Positions 59,159-64,000 of a stretch of DNA of 64,000 nucleotides are shown piece by piece. A model generated the notes under the pieces. The model had not been told where the DNA came from. It ran no database searches and saw only the letters and a list, made by a program, of their open reading frames with translations. The translations under genes and the position numbers were made by a program. The first letter of the stretch is position 1. Every line of letters starts with the position of its first letter. The stretch is taken from NCBI GenBank assembly GCA_965205215.1, contig OZ242041.1:1856001-1920000 (forward strand), written 5' to 3'. The stretch comes from Nitrosopumilus sp. (lineage in GTDB: Archaea; Thermoproteota; Nitrososphaeria; Nitrososphaerales; Nitrosopumilaceae).

Positions 59159-60538
59159 CTAATTAGTTACCAGATTGTCATGGGCGTAATCTAGTAATAT
59201 GCTTTGATCAGCGTTCGGTTGTTTTTTCCATACTAAATCATAAACTGTAACTGCAACGTTGTTTTTAACCAGATGGCCGTCAATTAGTTCACTAATAATT
59301 TTCCAATCGCCACCAGCAAACCCAGTTCCTATTCGTGGCATATGAACTGAAGCAGATTTTTCTTTAGCTTCAGCGGCCAATGACTCTAAGCATTTTGCAA
59401 GATGCCTATAGCGTATTTTTGGATGAGGTGATGCTGCAAGCCCATGTTGTGCAACCATGCTAAAAATAGTCAGGTCCTCCGAAATGCAGAAAGAATGTGA
59501 TTGTCCTAATTTAAGATTATTTGGCTCAGTAGCCCACCTCACAAACGATGTCCGGAGTTCCGGCCATTCAGTGGAAATGACTTTGCCAAACCCTCTGCCC
59601 CATCTTTTGCTTTTATCATTTGCAATATGCGCAATAATTTTATGGTTTTTTCCGCGCGGTTTTGTAGCATCGCCAACTACGTAGGCAATCTTAAGTGGTT
59701 CTGAAGCTGTATTTGCTTTGGATTTTATGATTGCAAGCACTCTGGGGTAAATACTGCCAGAATATGGAGAAACGCCAATGCACTCAATCTCTAAGTAAGG
59801 TAATTCGCTGAATAATTTTTCACGACGTTTGGAAGAAGTCCACCCAACAGCTGTACACTCTGACAAAACGCTATCCGATGAAATTTTCGAGCCCGCATAA
59901 ATTGGCAAGGTCGAGGTGTGCGAGCGAACCACATACTCAATTCTATACGGCGCATTATCAGTATCTGTTGTTTTTGCAGCTGAAAACATGGTTACGGGCT
60001 GATCTGTAATTTTTATCATACGGAGCAGTGCCGCTTCGGTGGAAACGTGATATTTATCTTTAATTGCAATTATGTTACTCATTTTAATTGGAATTTTTTG
60101 TATTTCTGATGCTGGTCCAAATGGCATAAGAATCTCAGCAGCTGAAACATTACAAAGAAGTTCTATTTGCCAATCATCAGATCGTTTTAAACGACCCGAC
60201 CTATTATGGATCGATTTTTTATAATCGGGAAATAATGTATGTGCAATCTCATGAGCAAGTGAAAATCTAATTCTTGCATATGACCGATTTGGGTTAAATT
60301 CAATTTCTGGATTCCCAGAAGTTGGCATTATCCTTGCGTCAGGAATATCGGTGTTTGGAACGACAGAAATTTTCCTTAGTTCAGCAAGTTGAAATGGATC
60401 GTATGGAGGACCATCCCAACCATTATCCATTGCATCCAAAACCAGTTGCCGTGTTTTGTCAACTATTGTCTCCAAGGGATCATCTTGTCCAGCTAATTCT
60501 TTTACAGAAGGATTAGTCCATTGAATTTTGTTAGGCAT
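59159..60538 (-). CDS. ImmA/IrrE (M78) zinc peptidase fused to a DarG/Poa1-like macrodomain
   Basis: RIRFSLAHEIAH, ELLCNVSAAEILMP, YHVSTEAA; C-terminal VVGDAT, IAHIAND...WGRGF, MPRIGTGFAGGDW. Confidence 0.88.
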   Translation of the reverse strand: MPNKIQWTNPSVKELAGQDDPLETIVDKTRQLVLDAMDNGWDGPPYDPFQLAELRKISVVPNTDIPDARIMPTSGNPEIEFNPNRSYARIRFSLAHEIAHTLFPDYKKSIHNRSGRLKRSDDWQIELLCNVSAAEILMPFGPASEIQKIPIKMSNIIAIKDKYHVSTEAALLRMIKITDQPVTMFSAAKTTDTDNAPYRIEYVVRSHTSTLPIYAGSKISSDSVLSECTAVGWTSSKRREKLFSELPYLEIECIGVSPYSGSIYPRVLAIIKSKANTASEPLKIAYVVGDATKPRGKNHKIIAHIANDKSKRWGRGFGKVISTEWPELRTSFVRWATEPNNLKLGQSHSFCISEDLTIFSMVAQHGLAASPHPKIRYRHLAKCLESLAAEAKEKSASVHMPRIGTGFAGGDWKIISELIDGHLVKNNVAVTVYDLVWKKQPNADQSILLDYAHDNLVTN

Positions 60539-61265
60539 TACTTAAAGTCTGAGATAACAGGAAATATACTTTTCCACAAAGAACCGGAAAGGCCTAGGGA
60601 CATGATCGTCTCTGGAGAACAAGAGACATGGCGATAGGCTAGACACGTAGGCGGCAGGGTTCCGAGGTTCTACCCCCGAACACGTGCTCAAAGCCTAGGT
60701 AGTGCTCGTTGTATGCTTTGGGTTGCCACCAGTGCTCAAACTTGTCCCTCTGGTAGGTACGGGTTATCTGCTTGGCGGGCTCCGGCTTGAGCACGACAAG
60801 GTTTGGGATTGATGTCATGTTGTTGCATACGACAAAGTAGTCGATGCGGTCAAGGACGCCCAACCCGGTCAGAAACGGCACGAGATTCTCGCGTGAAAAT
60901 ACCCTAATTTTCAGCACGAAATGTGTGTCGTCGCCGAATATCTTAGAGCGCCTGCATGCCCTCCTTGACCACGTCTATCTTTCAACCGAGGACAGCTCGC
61001 CTGCCGCGTACGTAGAGAACACCGGCGGCCCGGACATCTAAATTTGAACCCATCGCATCGCAAAACGTCGTGTGATTATTAAGCATTATAGCAATCAAGA
61101 CGGAGGCGAACAAAACAGCAATGAGCATGCTAGTGCCACATTGTGAAGAGGCGCCTCCACCCTAACTCCGATGTGCCCCGTTTTCCAGTGAAGAGCATGT
61201 CTCTAGGCATTTCCAATCCCTACCTGTCACAAAACCCAAGTTGGTGGTTTCTTGTTTGTATATTT

Positions 61266-61865
61266 TTACTGGCTTGAGGTGTTATCTTGAGATCGTTCCA
61301 ATACGATGTCACCTATGGTTCCACGTCCCCGTCCAGTATAATATTGCCCGCATAGAGTAGAACCTGTAAGTCTCAATCTTGCTGTGCCGCTATGAATCTG
61401 CATTGATTTAGGCGCCATAGCCATTGGATCGTTCTCATAAACATACACCAGCTCTGGTGATGTGGGATCATCTGTCAGAAAGCTAGCTGCAACGCTTCTG
61501 GAATGAGACTCTTCGGCCTCAAGTCGAACCAGTATTTTAGTCCACTGCTGTGTTATAACTAAAGATATAGAATGGACATTGCCATCTGACTCGTATGAAG
61601 AGGTAAGCTGGCCTTCCCACCGTCCATTTAGATTGGGTACCGTAACAAGACCGCGATTTCGTAGCAGCGGCCACTTCCATATGAAATGATCGAATGCGTA
61701 GTAGAGCACCCGATATATTCCAACAGCTGAAAATGCATCGATTAGCCACTGAAACTCCAAATTGATAGCACTTAGCGCATTATGTACATATCCTGTCAAC
61801 AGGACGCTTATTGTCAACAAGAAAACGATTACGGTTTTACTACGGCTCGGACTATAGACATTCAT
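61266..61865 (-). CDS. cap15: CBASS Cap15 effector (2TM + beta-barrel)
   Basis: Two TM helices, FDHFIWKW, PNLNGRWEG.L.SS, I.QQW, Y.YENDP, H.GTA, GQYYTGR. Confidence 0.88.
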   Translation of the reverse strand: MNVYSPSRSKTVIVFLLTISVLLTGYVHNALSAINLEFQWLIDAFSAVGIYRVLYYAFDHFIWKWPLLRNRGLVTVPNLNGRWEGQLTSSYESDGNVHSISLVITQQWTKILVRLEAEESHSRSVAASFLTDDPTSPELVYVYENDPMAMAPKSMQIHSGTARLRLTGSTLCGQYYTGRGRGTIGDIVLERSQDNTSSQ

Positions 61866-61874
61866 GTAGGTTAG

Positions 61875-62750
61875 TCAACCCCAATCGTTCCACAATGTTA
61901 CAAGATGATCAGAGAGTTCCACGGCATGCTCAATGGACCATTGCTCGGCACTTGAACCAAACAAGTACTCTTGGTTGTTCTGACAAACAGCCTCGTTTAG
62001 ATCGCACATGCGCATCCACTTTACTATGGAATAGTAAATGTCTTGAAGACGGCCTTGAAAGGCACGATTCGGGGCATTGTATATGAGACACTCCAAAAAG
62101 TAAGACGGAGCAAGATTCTGACTGATCTTTTTGGTATCCACCAAACGATTTCGGGCGTTCTTAAACATTCGGACTGTTTGTTTGTATAGGCCGTCCGTGC
62201 GCCAGTTCTTTTCTGCGCCCCATTTATAATGTTCATTGGGATAATTGATTACACAACGCTTGTCGCGTAAGGTAAAAAATTTGATGCCTTTCACAAAAGA
62301 GTCTAGAGAATTATACTTGCGATACTCTGTGCAGACGACCACGTCTGCCGCCAGCCTAGACGAGCCTGATTTAATTTTGATAGATTTGTTTCCTTCTTCT
62401 ACAGATGCGCCGAATTCACTACGTAGTGCATCAAGAGTAGCGGTTCTGAATTCAGTCCACGTATACGCGGAAGTTCGAAACGAGCCTTCTAGTTTGTGGC
62501 GATCGGATAGAGACAACGAACTGCAATCATGATAAAAAGCATGGTTTAGTTTTATGACCACATCTACGTCACTGTCGCCCCGGATATTGGTGTCGTTTTT
62601 GTAAGAACCCTGTAGGAAGAAATCATAAGTCATTTGCTCGGGCCATGAATAAGAGTCAAGTGCATCGCGTATGGACTCATGAGTTAACTTAGAATTGGTT
62701 TGGGATCCATGATGAGACCATCGTCCTAATTGTGACTCTGGAATAGTCAT
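61875..62750 (-). CDS. CBASS cGAS/DncV-like nucleotidyltransferase, CdnE-like
   Basis: FLQGSYKNDTNIRGDSDVDVV, GNKSIKI, ADVV, INYP..H, YKQTVRMFKN, PSYFLECLIYNAP. Confidence 0.92.
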   Translation of the reverse strand: MTIPESQLGRWSHHGSQTNSKLTHESIRDALDSYSWPEQMTYDFFLQGSYKNDTNIRGDSDVDVVIKLNHAFYHDCSSLSLSDRHKLEGSFRTSAYTWTEFRTATLDALRSEFGASVEEGNKSIKIKSGSSRLAADVVVCTEYRKYNSLDSFVKGIKFFTLRDKRCVINYPNEHYKWGAEKNWRTDGLYKQTVRMFKNARNRLVDTKKISQNLAPSYFLECLIYNAPNRAFQGRLQDIYYSIVKWMRMCDLNEAVCQNNQEYLFGSSAEQWSIEHAVELSDHLVTLWNDWG

Positions 62751-63126
62751 CTTTGAAGTTAGCCATCCACTCACAAATATATCCATACGCTCAGACATGT
62801 CCTATGATCTAACGCAAGCGGGCATTGGCATCCACACGCGCACAAACCAAACCGTACCCTGACACCTAGGAAAGTCGAAAAACCCCAACCAACAGCGTTT
62901 GGAAGAGCGCCAATATCCAACAGTGTACGGTGCGATACAGCTATCCCTACATCCCAAAGTCGATTCTTGTCACGCTTGACAACCTCAGGAGGCCGCAGTT
63001 AGTCATACAGGGAACCAAGATACCAGTCACCGTCTAGACTAGTTATGGATAGCTCAGACGCACGTTAGATCCGTACCAACCATAGTTTCTAGAGAATCCG
63101 CGCGCGCAGTCGCTTAAAAATGAACT

Positions 63127-64000
63127 GTGGCACCCACCGCGTTGAAGAACAACGACAATTATGCCATATGCAGATTCGATGACCGGGCGCCTGACCCGGA
63201 CGTAGTCCAAGAGTACGTAGTGGGGCAGACAGGGGCAAAAGCCCGCGTCCACATTACTCGAGACGGCCGCTATATCATAAGGGAGCCGCCCCTCACCGTA
63301 CGCGCCGAAATGGCGTACAGGCGGCTCATGCAGAACATACACCACTCCTTCACATACCGTAGCATATCCCGCGACGACGTCATCCCGCTGCTAAAGCGCA
63401 CGCTAGAGGAGGAGTCAAAGGCGACAAACGACTTTGAGGTGTGGAGGCGCGAAAAAGAGGCAGTCGAGTACTACCTGGTCCGCGATATAGCCGGATACGC
63501 CGAGCTTGACGTCCTGATAAGGGACCCGCACATAGAGGACATCCTGTGCCTCCACTGGAACAGGCCCGTGGCAGTAGTGCACCGCGAGTATCCCCACCAC
63601 ACCTTGCTGAGCACGAACGTCACGTTCCAGACCGAATCGGCGCTGGAGCGGCTCATCCAGCGGATATCCCAAAAGTATGGCGAGCCGCCCAGCGAGACCC
63701 GCCCCATGACCTCGTTTTCCGACGAGCGCGGCATACGCTACACGTTCACCGGGAACAGGAAGATCACGCCGGACAGCCCGACCGCATCCATCAGAAAGCC
63801 GTCCGTATCGGCCGTTACGATATGCCACCTGCTGCAGAGCGGCCTGCTCTCCGTGCTGGCGGCCTCATACCTCTGGTGCGTAATGGACCTCAAGGGGTTC
63901 GGCCTGGTGATCGGGGCTCCATCAGCTGGTAAGACCACCATGATAAACGCCATATTTACGATGTCAAACCCCAACTGGCACTACTTTACCATAGAGGACG
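63127..64000 (+). CDS. Type II/IV secretion ATPase (VirB11/FlaI/CpaF family), truncated by the window end
   Basis: Hand-translated from GTG 63127: YYLVRDIAGYAELDVLIRDPHIEDI, SIRK, GAPSAGKTT, TIED. Confidence 0.88.
   Translation, partial: MAPTALKNNDNYAICRFDDRAPDPDVVQEYVVGQTGAKARVHITRDGRYIIREPPLTVRAEMAYRRLMQNIHHSFTYRSISRDDVIPLLKRTLEEESKATNDFEVWRREKEAVEYYLVRDIAGYAELDVLIRDPHIEDILCLHWNRPVAVVHREYPHHTLLSTNVTFQTESALERLIQRISQKYGEPPSETRPMTSFSDERGIRYTFTGNRKITPDSPTASIRKPSVSAVTICHLLQSGLLSVLAASYLWCVMDLKGFGLVIGAPSAGKTTMINAIFTMSNPNWHYFTIED

Larger units (their letters stand above)
41694..64000. mobile_element. Probable integrative conjugative element at tRNA-Ile, right end outside the window
   Basis: Core genes stop after the tRNA; ParM, TA pair, VirD4-like and VirB11-like ATPases, repeat arrays and defence cargo follow. 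No integrase or second att site seen in the window. Confidence 0.75.

Overview
Archaeal DNA, high in GC by eye. The gene set (RpoE1/Spt4, EF-1beta, CDC48, Pth2, DUF359 dephospho-CoA kinase, blue-copper proteins, 'PxWV...AGWWA' repeat domains, intron-containing tRNA) points to a Nitrosopumilaceae-like thaumarchaeon; that assignment is inference. Bases 1-41,693 are mostly core chromosome: translation, transcription, NAD and CoA synthesis, an H+-pyrophosphatase, three tRNAs, and an unusual operon of an ATP-grasp/M20 fusion, a gamma-glutamyltransferase and an N-formylglutamate amidohydrolase. After tRNA-Ile(GAT) the content switches to a probable integrated conjugative element that runs off the window end. 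It encodes a ParM-like actin, a RelE toxin with a 47-aa antitoxin, a VirD4/TraD-like ATPase with a C-terminal nuclease-like domain, AbrB and RHH regulators, large surface proteins and a VirB11/FlaI-type ATPase, plus a ~1.4 kb apparently non-coding block with three tandem-repeat arrays. Inside the element sits an AT-rich island with a two-gene CBASS (CdnE-like cyclase + Cap15) and a tight three-gene operon: ImmA/IrrE peptidase-macrodomain fusion, P-loop kinase fused to a PurZ0-like adenylosuccinate synthetase (GSEGKG), and a DarT-like ADP-ribosyltransferase. That operon is the best candidate here for an undescribed nucleotide-based antiviral system. All family calls come from motif recognition, not database searches.
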